Assembly: GCA_963710805.1 (NCBI GenBank) | Contig: CAVQBS010000044.1 | Span: 155,108 to 219,107 of the forward strand | DNA: 64,000 bases | Direction of reading: 5' to 3' | From: an uncultured Alphaproteobacteria bacterium | Lineage (GTDB): Bacteria > Pseudomonadota > Alphaproteobacteria > Rhizobiales > Kaistiaceae | In this document: positions 36,911 through 45,802 of the stretch, one piece after another | Layout: every line of letters begins with the position of its first letter | Position numbering within the stretch: position 1 is the stretch's first letter | Notes under the pieces: generated by a model | What the model saw: the letters and a program-made list of their open reading frames with translations, nothing else | What the model was told of the DNA's origin: nothing | Databases searched by the model: none | Made by a program: the position numbers and the translations under genes

Positions 36911-37654
36911 ATGATCGTCGTCCGCGCCTTCTTCGTCGCGCTCGGCCTGATCGTCGTCTGGCAGGCGGTGATCTTCGTCTTCGCCCCGCCGCCTTTCATG
37001 CTCCCGCCGCCGGTCGCCGTCTTCGCGGCGCTGCGCGACCGCCCCGACCTCTGGCGTGTCGACGCGGTGACGACGCTGACCGAGACGCTGATCGGCCTGA
37101 TCGCCGGCGCGGCGCTCGGCGCCTTGCTGGCGCTCCTGATGAGCTTCGTGCCGCCGACCAGGCGGATGCTGTTGCCATTGATGGTGGTGAGCCAGGCGCT
37201 GCCGGTGTTCGCCATCGCACCGCTTCTGGTGCTGTGGTTCGGCTTCGGTCTCGCCTCGAAGATCGTCATGGCGACGGTGGCGATCTTCTTTCCCGTCGCC
37301 TCCGCTTTCCACGATGGGCTGGCGCGGACGGACGGCGGCCTCCTCGATCTCGCCCGTCTCTACGGCGCCAACCATGCGCAGCAGGTGGCCCTCTTGCGAG
37401 TGCCTTCAGCCCTGCCTTCCCTGATCACCGGCGTGCGGCTTGCCGCCGTCTACGCGCCGATCGGCGCGCTGATCGGCGAATGGGTCGGCGCTTCGTCCGG
37501 GCTCGGCTACGCGATGCTGCTCGCCAACGCCCGCTCGCAGACGGCGGTGATGTTCGCCTGCCTGTTCCTGCTCGCGGCGATGTCGGTGCTTTTGCGCGCC
37601 GTCGTCGACCTTCTCACCCGCAACCTGACCCCATGGGTCCCTGAAACCGCATGA
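36911..37654 (+). CDS. ABC permease, thiamine precursor uptake (ThiX-like)
   Basis: SsuC/TauC-type permease (LPPP, WFGFG, GEWVG) under a TPP riboswitch. Confidence 0.85.
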   Translation: MIVVRAFFVALGLIVVWQAVIFVFAPPPFMLPPPVAVFAALRDRPDLWRVDAVTTLTETLIGLIAGAALGALLALLMSFVPPTRRMLLPLMVVSQALPVFAIAPLLVLWFGFGLASKIVMATVAIFFPVASAFHDGLARTDGGLLDLARLYGANHAQQVALLRVPSALPSLITGVRLAAVYAPIGALIGEWVGASSGLGYAMLLANARSQTAVMFACLFLLAAMSVLLRAVVDLLTRNLTPWVPETA

Positions 37655-38604
37655 CGGGAGTGACCATGTTCCGCATCTTCTTCGCCATCGTCGCTGCGTT
37701 CTGGCTCGCGCTTGGCCCGGCGTCGGCCGACGACAAGCTGACCGTTATCCTCGACTGGTTCGTCAATCCGGACCATGCACCGCTGGTGATCGCCAAGGAA
37801 GGCGGCTACTTCAAGAAACACGGGCTCGATGTCGATCTCATCGCTCCGGCCGATCCGAGCGCGCCGCCACGTCTGGTCGCGGCCGGGCAGGGGGACATCG
37901 CCATCACCTACCAGCCTGACTTCATGCTCCAGCTCAACGAAGGCCTGCCGCTGGTCCGCTTCGGCACGCTGATCGAGACGCCGCTCAACGCGCTCATCGT
38001 CCTCAAGGACGGGCCGGTCAAGACGCTCGCCGATCTCAAGGGCAAGCGGGTCGGCTATTCGGTGGCCGGCATCCAGTCTGCCTATCTCGATGCGGTGCTG
38101 AAGTCGGTCGGGCTGACCTCGAAGGATGTGACGCTGGTCAACGTCAACTTCAACCTGGTCAGCGCGCTCTTGTCCGGCCAGATCGACGCGGCGATCGACG
38201 GCTACCGCAATTTCGAGCTGATCCAGCTCGGGCTCGAGGGCAAGCCGGCCATCGCCTTCTATCCGGAGGAGCACGGGGTGCCGGTCTATGACGAGCTGAT
38301 CTTCGTCACGCGCGCCGATCGCCGCAACGATCCGATCCTCGCGCGCTTCCTCGCCGCGGTGGAGGAGGCGACGATCTTCCTCACCAATCACCCGGACAAG
38401 GCGAAGGCGATGTTCATGGCCGCCCACACCGACCTCGACGACGAATTGAACCGGGAATCCTTCGACGCGACCCTGCCCCGCTTCGCCAAGCGTCCGGCGG
38501 CGATCGACGTCGGACGCTACGAGCGCTTCGCCCGCTTCCTCAAGGACGAGGGCCTGATCGACAAGGTGCTGCCGGTCGACAGCTACACTGTCGCTCCTAA
38601 GTAG
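37651..38604 (+). CDS. NMT1/THI5-like substrate-binding protein (ThiY-like)
   Basis: LDWFVNPDH, ITYQP, YRNFE, YDEL. Confidence 0.88.
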   Translation: MTGVTMFRIFFAIVAAFWLALGPASADDKLTVILDWFVNPDHAPLVIAKEGGYFKKHGLDVDLIAPADPSAPPRLVAAGQGDIAITYQPDFMLQLNEGLPLVRFGTLIETPLNALIVLKDGPVKTLADLKGKRVGYSVAGIQSAYLDAVLKSVGLTSKDVTLVNVNFNLVSALLSGQIDAAIDGYRNFELIQLGLEGKPAIAFYPEEHGVPVYDELIFVTRADRRNDPILARFLAAVEEATIFLTNHPDKAKAMFMAAHTDLDDELNRESFDATLPRFAKRPAAIDVGRYERFARFLKDEGLIDKVLPVDSYTVAPK

Positions 38605-38622
38605 CGCGCCGCCCCGCGGCCG

Positions 38623-39339
38623 CTAGGCAAACGTCACCTTGCCGGTGGCGATGTCGTAGATGCCAGAGGACGCCTTGAGCTTCCCTGCGGCGTGCATGTC
38701 GGCGAGGGTGGGCTCCGCCTTGTTCGCATACTCGGCATTGAGCCGAGCATTCTCCACGGTTGCTGCGGCGAGCAGGTCGGCCGGCTTTTGGGCGATGGCG
38801 GCTTCGACGGCCGGCCGGATGGCGGCCACCAGGCTCGGCAGATGGCCCGGCAGATCGGGGCCCCCCTGCACCACCCTGATCGTGGCGCCGATCGCGCCGC
38901 AGGCAGAGTGGCCGAGTACGAGGATGAACTGGATGCCGAGAACGGCGGCGCCGTATTCGAGGCTCGCCAGCCCGTCCTCGTTGATGAAGTTGCCCGCCAC
39001 CCGAACCACGAAAAGGTCTCCCGGTCCTTGGTCGAAGATCAGCTCCGGCGCCACGCGGGAATCGGCGCAGCTGACGATGGCGGCGAAGGGGCGTTGTCCG
39101 CTCGCGCGCTCGGCGCGGTCGTGGGAGTAGTCACCATTGATCGGGGCATTCGCCACGTAGCGCGCGTTGCCGTCCATCAGGCGTTGCAGCGCCTCGTCCG
39201 GAGAGACCGGCATCGCATCGCCCGACTGGGCGGCGGCGAAGGAATGGAAAGGGATCGTGGCGGCGACGGCCAAGCCGGCCACGCCGCCGGCGATCAATCC
39301 TCGGCGGGTCAGGTTACGCGTCGTGCAATCTCGGCACAT
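38623..39339 (-). CDS. beta-class carbonic anhydrase, Tat-exported
   Basis: TRRGLI signal; CADSRV, RVAGN, GHSACGA. Confidence 0.93.
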   Translation of the reverse strand: MCRDCTTRNLTRRGLIAGGVAGLAVAATIPFHSFAAAQSGDAMPVSPDEALQRLMDGNARYVANAPINGDYSHDRAERASGQRPFAAIVSCADSRVAPELIFDQGPGDLFVVRVAGNFINEDGLASLEYGAAVLGIQFILVLGHSACGAIGATIRVVQGGPDLPGHLPSLVAAIRPAVEAAIAQKPADLLAAATVENARLNAEYANKAEPTLADMHAAGKLKASSGIYDIATGKVTFA

Positions 39340-39421
39340 CGCTCGTCTCCTCCTCGTGGGCACCGGAGACAAGCACTCAACTCCCTAGCGATCCCTTAAG
39401 GGCCGAGTGAAAATTGCGGGA

Positions 39422-40207
39422 TTACGCTCCCAGCGCGCCGCCGCCGTCGACCACCACGTCCTGCATGGTGAGGTAGGTCGAGCGGTCGGAGAGCAGGAAG
39501 GCGACCACGTCGGCGATCTCCTCCGACCGCGCCAGCCGGCCGAGCGGCACGCCGACCCGGAAGTTCTCGAGGCTGCCGCCGACCACCAGCTCCGGCGCCT
39601 CCATCGTCGCCATCAGCCGCTGGACCATGCCCGTGTCGGTGACGCCGGGCGACACGCAGTTGACCCGGATATTGCTCGGCGCCAGCTCGAGGCCGAGCAC
39701 GCACATCATCTGCGCCACCGCCGCCTTCGAGCCGCAATAGGCGCCTTGGCCGACGCGTGGCGTGCGCGCCGCTGTCGAGGCGATGGCGACGATCGCGCCG
39801 CGCTTGCGGGGCAGCATGCGGCCGGCGACGGCCTTGCCGACCAGGAAGGCGCCCTTCACGTTGATATTCAAGGTCGCGTCGAAATCGGCCTCGCTCATCT
39901 CGGCGATCCTGCCGAAGCGCTGGATGCCGACGACGTGGGCGAGCCCGTCGATCGGCCCGAGCTCGTCCTCGATCCTGGCGACACACGCATTGACGGCCGC
40001 GCCGTCGGTGACGTCGAGCGGGAATGTCATGATGTCGCTGCCGCCGAGATCCTTCGCCAGCGCTGCCAGCCCGTCGCTGTCGACGTCGGCGAGCGCCAGC
40101 TTCATGCCGGCCGCATGGAGCTTCCGCGCCACCCCCTCGCCGATGCCCTTCGCCGCCCCGGTCACCAGGCCGACCCGTCCGGCAAGGCCGGCAAACTCAT
40201 CCGTCAT
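39422..40207 (-). CDS. SDR oxidoreductase similar to 2,3-dihydro-2,3-dihydroxybenzoate dehydrogenase (EntA/DhbA-like)
   Basis: TGAAKGIG, AARTPR, YCGSK, LGLELA, VSPGVTDT, FRVGVPL. Confidence 0.75.
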   Translation of the reverse strand: MTDEFAGLAGRVGLVTGAAKGIGEGVARKLHAAGMKLALADVDSDGLAALAKDLGGSDIMTFPLDVTDGAAVNACVARIEDELGPIDGLAHVVGIQRFGRIAEMSEADFDATLNINVKGAFLVGKAVAGRMLPRKRGAIVAIASTAARTPRVGQGAYCGSKAAVAQMMCVLGLELAPSNIRVNCVSPGVTDTGMVQRLMATMEAPELVVGGSLENFRVGVPLGRLARSEEIADVVAFLLSDRSTYLTMQDVVVDGGGALGA

Positions 40208-40330
40208 GGATGCCCCCTGTTGATGATCCATTGAGGCCGACACCTTTAGCGCCGGACGGGGTAATCGAAAACCGGAAATCGGCCGCGGTTGCGAGAAGCG
40301 TGGCGAAGCACGTGCGCCCTTGCGCTCGAC

Positions 40331-40912
40331 CTACTCCGCCGCCTCGTTCCGAAGCGCCTCGCCGAGGTCGGCCACCTGGCCGCGGGCCGGATAATCCTTG
40401 GGGATGATCGTCGCGTCGAGGGCGGCGAGCAACGGCGCGAAATGCATCCGCACGAACGGCATGGTCTGGACGATCGCCGCATAGAGCGTGCCGTCCGGCC
40501 GCACCAGGAACACCCCGCGCTCGGAAAACAGCGCCGGCTCCGTGACCCCGGCCGAGGTCTTGCCACGGCTGGTCGAGACATAAAGACCCCAGCGTCGGGC
40601 CTCTTCCAGCGGCAGGTCGTAGCCGATGGCGAGGTTGTCGAGGCTCCACTCGGTCTTGCTTGCCTCCGCCCGCTCCCTCGGGTCGCAGGAGAGGGACAGG
40701 ATGCCGACGCCGCGCTCGGCGAAATCGCCCGCCTTGCGGTTCAGTTCCTGGAGCTGGTTGCGGCATTGCGGGCAGTGGTAGCCGCGATAGAAGTTGAGAA
40801 GGGTGAAATGGGTCGGCGTCTGCGCGGCAAGCGTCCACCTGCCGCCGCCGACGAGAGGAACCGAGAGCGCCGGCACAGGCTCGCGCGGGATCAGCGGGAC
40901 GAGGTCGGTCAT
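40331..40912 (-). CDS. peroxiredoxin-like (AhpC/TSA) protein
   Basis: FYRGYHCPQC CxxC motif. Confidence 0.87.
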   Translation of the reverse strand: MTDLVPLIPREPVPALSVPLVGGGRWTLAAQTPTHFTLLNFYRGYHCPQCRNQLQELNRKAGDFAERGVGILSLSCDPRERAEASKTEWSLDNLAIGYDLPLEEARRWGLYVSTSRGKTSAGVTEPALFSERGVFLVRPDGTLYAAIVQTMPFVRMHFAPLLAALDATIIPKDYPARGQVADLGEALRNEAAE

Positions 40913-41046
40913 CGGCTCTTCTCCTCGGAACGGCGCGTTGCCATTCGCTACCCCGAGGCAATAGAGACCCGGCGTGGCGTTGGAAACCGCGCCGGGCCTC
41001 AATTCGACGTGATGCGACCCGGCGTCGGCGGGTCGCCGAGTTGTGC

Positions 41047-41937
41047 TCAGGCGGCCTTGGCGGTCCAGATCCCGAGGCCGTCCCAGTCGTATGCGGCGGC
41101 CCAGTCGGCGAAGCTCTGCCAGCCGACCTCCGGAAACTCGCGACGGAGCTCCGCGATGTCGGCGCTGTAACCGACCGCATCGAACCAGGCGAACATCTTC
41201 GCCAGGTCCTCGCTCTGCTGGCGCACGGCATCGAGTGGCACCTGATAATAGCCGACGCGCCGGCCGGCCGCGTTGCCGATGATCCTCGCCGTCGCCTCGC
41301 CGGTCAGTTCGTCGCCGGCGATGTCGATGCGCCGTCCGAACACCTCAGCCCGTCGCTCGGCGAGAGTGGCGAGGAAGGCGCCGATGTCGGCGACGGCGAC
41401 CTGCTGGAGAGGACGGTCCTTATCGAGAGCGATCGCGAGGGCGCCATCGAGCAGCGAGCCCGCCATCCATGGCGCGGCTAGGTTCTCCATGAACCAGACC
41501 GGCGCGCTGATCGAGTAGTTCAGGCCGCTCGCCGCCAGATGCTGCTCGACCGCATACTTGCCGTCGAAGTGGGGGATGCCGGTGCCGCGGTCGGCGGAGG
41601 CGACCGACGAATAGATGACGTGGCCGACTCCGGCCGCCTTGACGGCATCGATGGCGGCGATCCCCTGGCGGGTCTCGGCTTCCTCGCCCGCTTCGAACGG
41701 CGTGCTCATCACGATGGCGGTGTCGGCGCCGTTGGCCGCGGCGGTCAGCGTCGCCGGATCGTTGAAATCGCCGGCGCGGACATCGGCGCCGGCCGCGGCG
41801 AGGGCCTTGGCGGCATCGCCGGAGGGATTGCGGGTCAGGGCGCGCACTGTGTGGCCGCGGGCGAGCAGCGCCCGTGCCGCAGCGCCGCCCTGCTGGCCGG
41901 TGGCGCCGGTGACGAGGACCGTGAGTTGATCTGACAT
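41047..41937 (-). CDS. NmrA/HSCARG family protein
   Basis: VTGATGQQGG, IPHFDGK, FMEN. Confidence 0.9.
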   Translation of the reverse strand: MSDQLTVLVTGATGQQGGAAARALLARGHTVRALTRNPSGDAAKALAAAGADVRAGDFNDPATLTAAANGADTAIVMSTPFEAGEEAETRQGIAAIDAVKAAGVGHVIYSSVASADRGTGIPHFDGKYAVEQHLAASGLNYSISAPVWFMENLAAPWMAGSLLDGALAIALDKDRPLQQVAVADIGAFLATLAERRAEVFGRRIDIAGDELTGEATARIIGNAAGRRVGYYQVPLDAVRQQSEDLAKMFAWFDAVGYSADIAELRREFPEVGWQSFADWAAAYDWDGLGIWTAKAA

Positions 41938-42060
41938 GGCGTGAACTCCTCTTCGTGGTTGCGAGAAGCGTTCACATAAGCCGCTGGCAATTGGCTCACT
42001 AGCGCTTATAATTACAAAACACTGTTGCGTCAATGGATACAATCGTCTGGTGGACGCCCC

Positions 42061-42988
42061 ATGGACCTCAACGACATCCCCATTTTCCTCAAGGTCGCCG
42101 AAGCCGGCAGCTTCAGCGCCGCGGCGCGGGTGCTCGGCCTGCCCAAGGCGACGGTCAGCCGCCGGGTCGCGCGTCTGGAGGACTCCATCGGTGTCCGTCT
42201 CATCCAGCGCACCACCCGCTCGCTCAGCCTCACCGATGCGGGGCGCCGCTACTACCGGGAATGTGGCGACGCGCTCGCTGCTGTGGAGGATGCCAACCGC
42301 CGGACCGCGGAGGCGCGGCAGGAGCCGGCCGGCGTCATCCGCCTCTCGCTGCCGGCGGAATTCGGGGTTCCTTGCCGATGTCGTCGCCGATTTCATGGCG
42401 GCGTATCCGAACGTCGCCATGGAAATCGTGCTGACTGACCGGTACCTCAATCTGGTCGAAGCGGGGATCGACGTGGCGATCCGTGCCGGGCAGCTCGCCG
42501 ATTCGAGCCTTGTCGCCCGCAAGCTGGCGCCTTCGCAGCGGGTGTTCGTCGCCAGCCCCGGCTATCTCTCCACAGCGGGCACACCCGACACGCTCGCCGA
42601 TCTTCAGCGCCACGACTGCGTGATCTTCGGCCCCACCATCGAGGGCGCGAGCTGGACGGTCGAAGGTCCGGGCAGCCCGGAGGTAGTCCCGGTCAAGGGG
42701 CGGATCGCGGTCAACACCATGCGCTTCGCGGTTCGGGCCGCCCTTGCCGGTCTGGGCATCGCCCTGATCCCGTCGCCGCTTGCCGCCCGCGATATCCGCG
42801 ACGGTCGCCTCACCACCGTACTCGCCGATCATGCGCCGCCCCATGGTGGGCTCTATGCGGTGTATCCGAGCGCGCGCCACATGCCGATCGCCGTGAGGGT
42901 CTTCGTCGATTTCGTCAGCGAGCGCCTGGCCTGGCTGGGGACCAGCGACGAAGCCGACGCGCCGGTGGGCGCCTGTGGGCATGATTGA
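42061..42988 (+). CDS. LysR family regulator, apparent frameshift ~42365
   Basis: GSFSAAA...RTTRSLSLT HTH; GIDVAIR; divergent from NmrA gene. Confidence 0.9.
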
Positions 42989-43055
42989 CCGTCTGACGCC
43001 TCTGACCGGGCGAAATGGGTGGCGACCCTCCGGCAGCGCGTGCTAAGGCTCGAAC

Positions 43056-43547
43056 ATGACCGCGACCCGCATCGCCCGCCGTATCGACGCCCCGCGTTCG
43101 GCCGTCTATCGCGCGCTGGTCGACGCCGGCGCCGTTGCGACATGGATGGTGCCGACCGGCATGACCAGTCATGTGCATGCGTTCGATGCCCGCGAGGGCG
43201 GTGCGTTCCGCATCTCGCTCACCTATGACGCGCCGACCGGCACCGGCAAGACGACCGCCCACACCGACACCTTCCACGGTCGCTTCGCCAGGCTCGTCCC
43301 GGATGAAGAAGTCGTCGAGGTGGTCGAATTCGAGACCGACGATCCGGCGCTTCGCGGCGAGATGACACTCACCATCACCCTGGCCGATTCCGACGGCGGC
43401 ACGCACCTCGTCGCGGTGCACGACGACCTGCCGCCGGGCCTTTCGGCCGCCGACAACGAGACCGGCTGGCGCATGTCGCTCACCAAGCTCGCCGCGCTGG
43501 TCGAGGCAGGGCAGGGGCGCGCGTCTGCCAGCCGTCGGCAACCATGA
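43056..43547 (+). CDS. SRPBCC/AHSA1 family protein
   Basis: IDAPRSAVYRAL, WMVP, GWRMSLTKL. Confidence 0.88.
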   Translation: MTATRIARRIDAPRSAVYRALVDAGAVATWMVPTGMTSHVHAFDAREGGAFRISLTYDAPTGTGKTTAHTDTFHGRFARLVPDEEVVEVVEFETDDPALRGEMTLTITLADSDGGTHLVAVHDDLPPGLSAADNETGWRMSLTKLAALVEAGQGRASASRRQP

Positions 43548-43569
43548 CGCTCATCTCCAGAATTCGGCC

Positions 43570-43601
43570 TTGACAGCCCTTCGGTAATAGGAATATATTC
43601 C
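43570..43601 (+). promoter_or_regulatory. sigma70-type promoter with a palindrome over the -10
   Basis: TTGACA at 43570-43575, ATATAT/TATATT 17-18 nt later; perfect GGAATATATTCC at 43590-43601. Confidence 0.75.
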
Positions 43602-43605
43602 AGAC

Positions 43606-44125
43606 ATCCTCGTTCGTGAGAGGCGCGTTCCGGATGGCGTCTTGAGTGCGGAGCGGGGTGCGGCGCCTGCCGGTAGGCTTCGCCAGCCTGCCGTCGGGTC
43701 GCCCCGGCCGGGACCGTGGGGCACTATCGACCCCGCCGCCCGCTGAGAGGCTTAAGGCGAGGCCCGAAGGGCCGATGCCCCGGACGAGCCCGTAGCGCTA
43801 CCGTGCTGCGGTGGCCCATCCGGGCTCGGACACCGGAGGACCTCTTGCCGAAGCAGCCCGGCCGGGCTCGCAAAATCGCCGCGGCGGGCGCTTCGATGAG
43901 CGCCCCTTTGAGACTACCTCGGACTGGCGTTCACCAAGCGCCCGCCACCTCTCGTTCAGTCGGGAGGGCAAGAACCCAAGAGGCGAGGAGCGCCGCAAGG
44001 CGCGACCGGGAAGGGACACAAGAGGCGAGGAGCGCCGGAAGGCGCGACCGGGAAGGGAAGCAAAAACAAGGGACGCACAGAGACCCCGGACCGCCGAACG
44101 GTCGCGGGACGATGGAGTATGTCCC
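43606..44125 (+). ncRNA. candidate large structured non-coding RNA or leader (unassigned family)
   Basis: follows a consensus promoter; no credible ORF; more than ten stems including two GNRA hairpins. Confidence 0.55.
43977..44058 (+). repeat. tandem 40-nt direct repeat (42-nt period)
   Basis: CAAGAGGCGAGGAGCGCCG(C/G)AAGGCGCGACCGGGAAGGGA at 43977 and 44019; single difference. Confidence 0.95.
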
Positions 44126-44151
44126 ATGAGTGCGCACCGCGGGAGACGACC

Positions 44152-44433
44152 GTGAGCCGTCGGCGCAGGGCCGGCGCCCGCCGGCGGGGTGCACAACGCC
44201 GTGGTGACATGGCCGGCGGGGCCGGTGACCTGGCGCGGCGTTTGGTCGACTGGTGTCAGCTGTGGGAAGTCTGCGGCCGCGCCGGTTGCCGCCGCGCCCG
44301 CGCCTGCCGCGTCACGACGGCTCCGTGCTTCGGTGAACACATCGCCACGGTCTTCGCTCTCCTCGACGAGGATGCTGCCTTCACCCGCCTGTTCGAGATG
44401 GCGGAAGAGGCGGCCGACACCGTCGATGCGTGA
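44152..44433 (+). CDS. small Cys-rich hypothetical protein
   Basis: GGGAGA RBS before GTG 44152 (in-frame ATG at 44119); WCQLWEVCGRAGCRRARACRVTTAPC. Confidence 0.6.
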   Translation: MSRRRRAGARRRGAQRRGDMAGGAGDLARRLVDWCQLWEVCGRAGCRRARACRVTTAPCFGEHIATVFALLDEDAAFTRLFEMAEEAADTVDA

Positions 44434-44464
44434 ACTCTTGGCGGCTTCCGAGGTGCAGCGACCA

Positions 44465-44556
44465 CCCGCTCGTCCCCGCGCACACGGGGACCCGGATTTG
44501 CCGTGGGATTGCCCCTCGGAATGGTGTGGATTGCCGCTTGCGCGGGAATGAACGGG
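44465..44556. repeat. REP-like inverted doublet
   Basis: CTCGTCCCCGCGCACACGGGGACCC ... TGGATTGCCGCTTGCGCGGGAATGAAC, degenerate GTCATTCCCGCG-type REP pair. Confidence 0.7.
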
Positions 44557-44636
44557 GGGAGTGGGCGCCTTGCGCGCCCGGGCGCTTCCGGCCGCAAATG
44601 GATAGCGCTGTCCGCTCGCGCCCGGAGCCCTTTGAC

Positions 44637-45551
44637 TCAGCCCTCGACCAGCGCCTCGGCGCCGGCGCGCGGGCGCTCCAGATCCTTGGCGCCCTTGCGG
44701 ACCGCCTTCTGCACCTTCTCGAAGGCGCGGACCTCGATCTGGCGGACGCGCTCGCGACTGACGCCGAACTCGCCGGAGAGCTCCTCCAGCGTGATCGGGT
44801 CCTCGGAGAGGCGCCGCGCCTCGAAGATGCGGCGCTCGCGGTCGTTGAGCACGCCCATGGCGTCCTTGAGCAGCTGCCGTCGGCTGTCGAGCTCCTCGCT
44901 CTCGGCCAGACGCTCTTCCTGATCGGGCGAGGTGTCGACCAGCCAGTCCTGCCACTGGCCGCCGGTGTCCTCGTCGGAGCGCAGCGGGGCGTTCAGCGAG
45001 GCGTCGCCGCCGAGCCGGCGGTTCATCGAAATCACGTCTTCCTCGGGCACGCCGAGTTTCTCGGAGATTTCCTTGACCTGCTCGGGGCGCAGATCGCCCT
45101 CGTCGAGGGCGCTGATCTGCCCCTTGACCTTGCGCAGGTTGAAAAACAGCCGCTTCTGGTTCGCCGTGGTGCCCATCTTCACCAGGCTCCACGAGCGCAG
45201 GATGTATTCCTGGATCGACGCCTTGATCCACCACATGGCGTAGGTCGCGAGGCGGAACCCCTTTTCGGGGTCGAAGCGCTTGACGGCCTGCATCAGGCCG
45301 ACATTGCCCTCGGAGATCACCTCGCCGATCGGCAGGCCGTAGCCGCGATAGCCCATGGCGATCTTGGCGACGAGCCGCAGATGGCTGGTCACCAGTTGAT
45401 GCGCGGCGTCGCGATCCCCATGTTCCTTGTACGCCTTGGCCAGCATGTATTCCTGGTCAGGCGCAAGCATCGGGAACTTGCGGATCTCGTTCAGGTAGTG
45501 CGAAAGGCCGGATTCACCGGCCGCAATGACAGGCAGACTTGTACGGGCCAT
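44637..45551 (-). CDS. rpoH: RNA polymerase sigma-32 factor
   Basis: SHLRLVAKIA, WWIKASIQEYILRSWSLVK, RpoH box QKRLFFNLR. Confidence 0.97.
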   Translation of the reverse strand: MARTSLPVIAAGESGLSHYLNEIRKFPMLAPDQEYMLAKAYKEHGDRDAAHQLVTSHLRLVAKIAMGYRGYGLPIGEVISEGNVGLMQAVKRFDPEKGFRLATYAMWWIKASIQEYILRSWSLVKMGTTANQKRLFFNLRKVKGQISALDEGDLRPEQVKEISEKLGVPEEDVISMNRRLGGDASLNAPLRSDEDTGGQWQDWLVDTSPDQEERLAESEELDSRRQLLKDAMGVLNDRERRIFEARRLSEDPITLEELSGEFGVSRERVRQIEVRAFEKVQKAVRKGAKDLERPRAGAEALVEG

Positions 45552-45802
45552 AAGCTGGCGCCCCTTCCTTGTGACCCCCGGAACATCCGGCGGGTCCGGT
45601 TGCCGTGCCTCCCTAGGCCACGACAACCATCCTATATAGGAACGATTCCGGCAGAAACACGTTCACGCTTGCGTGGCCGGATATTATCCAACCCACACAG
45701 AGCTTTAGGTCACAGAATCAACGCCGGGACCGATCGACAGGCGGATCGGATTACGGCAGGGCCATCATATAACAGATCGCCCCCTATGCGATCCCCGGTC
45801 CA

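Noticed and set aside
39422-40207. Catecholate siderophore cluster suggested by the EntA-like SDR
   Set aside because: No entB/C/E or NRPS genes nearby.
43977-44058. Possible mini CRISPR array
   Set aside because: Only two copies separated by 2 nt; no spacers and no cas genes.
43606-44125. Group II intron or retron RNA
   Set aside because: No recognisable domain V/VI and no reverse transcriptase gene in the window.
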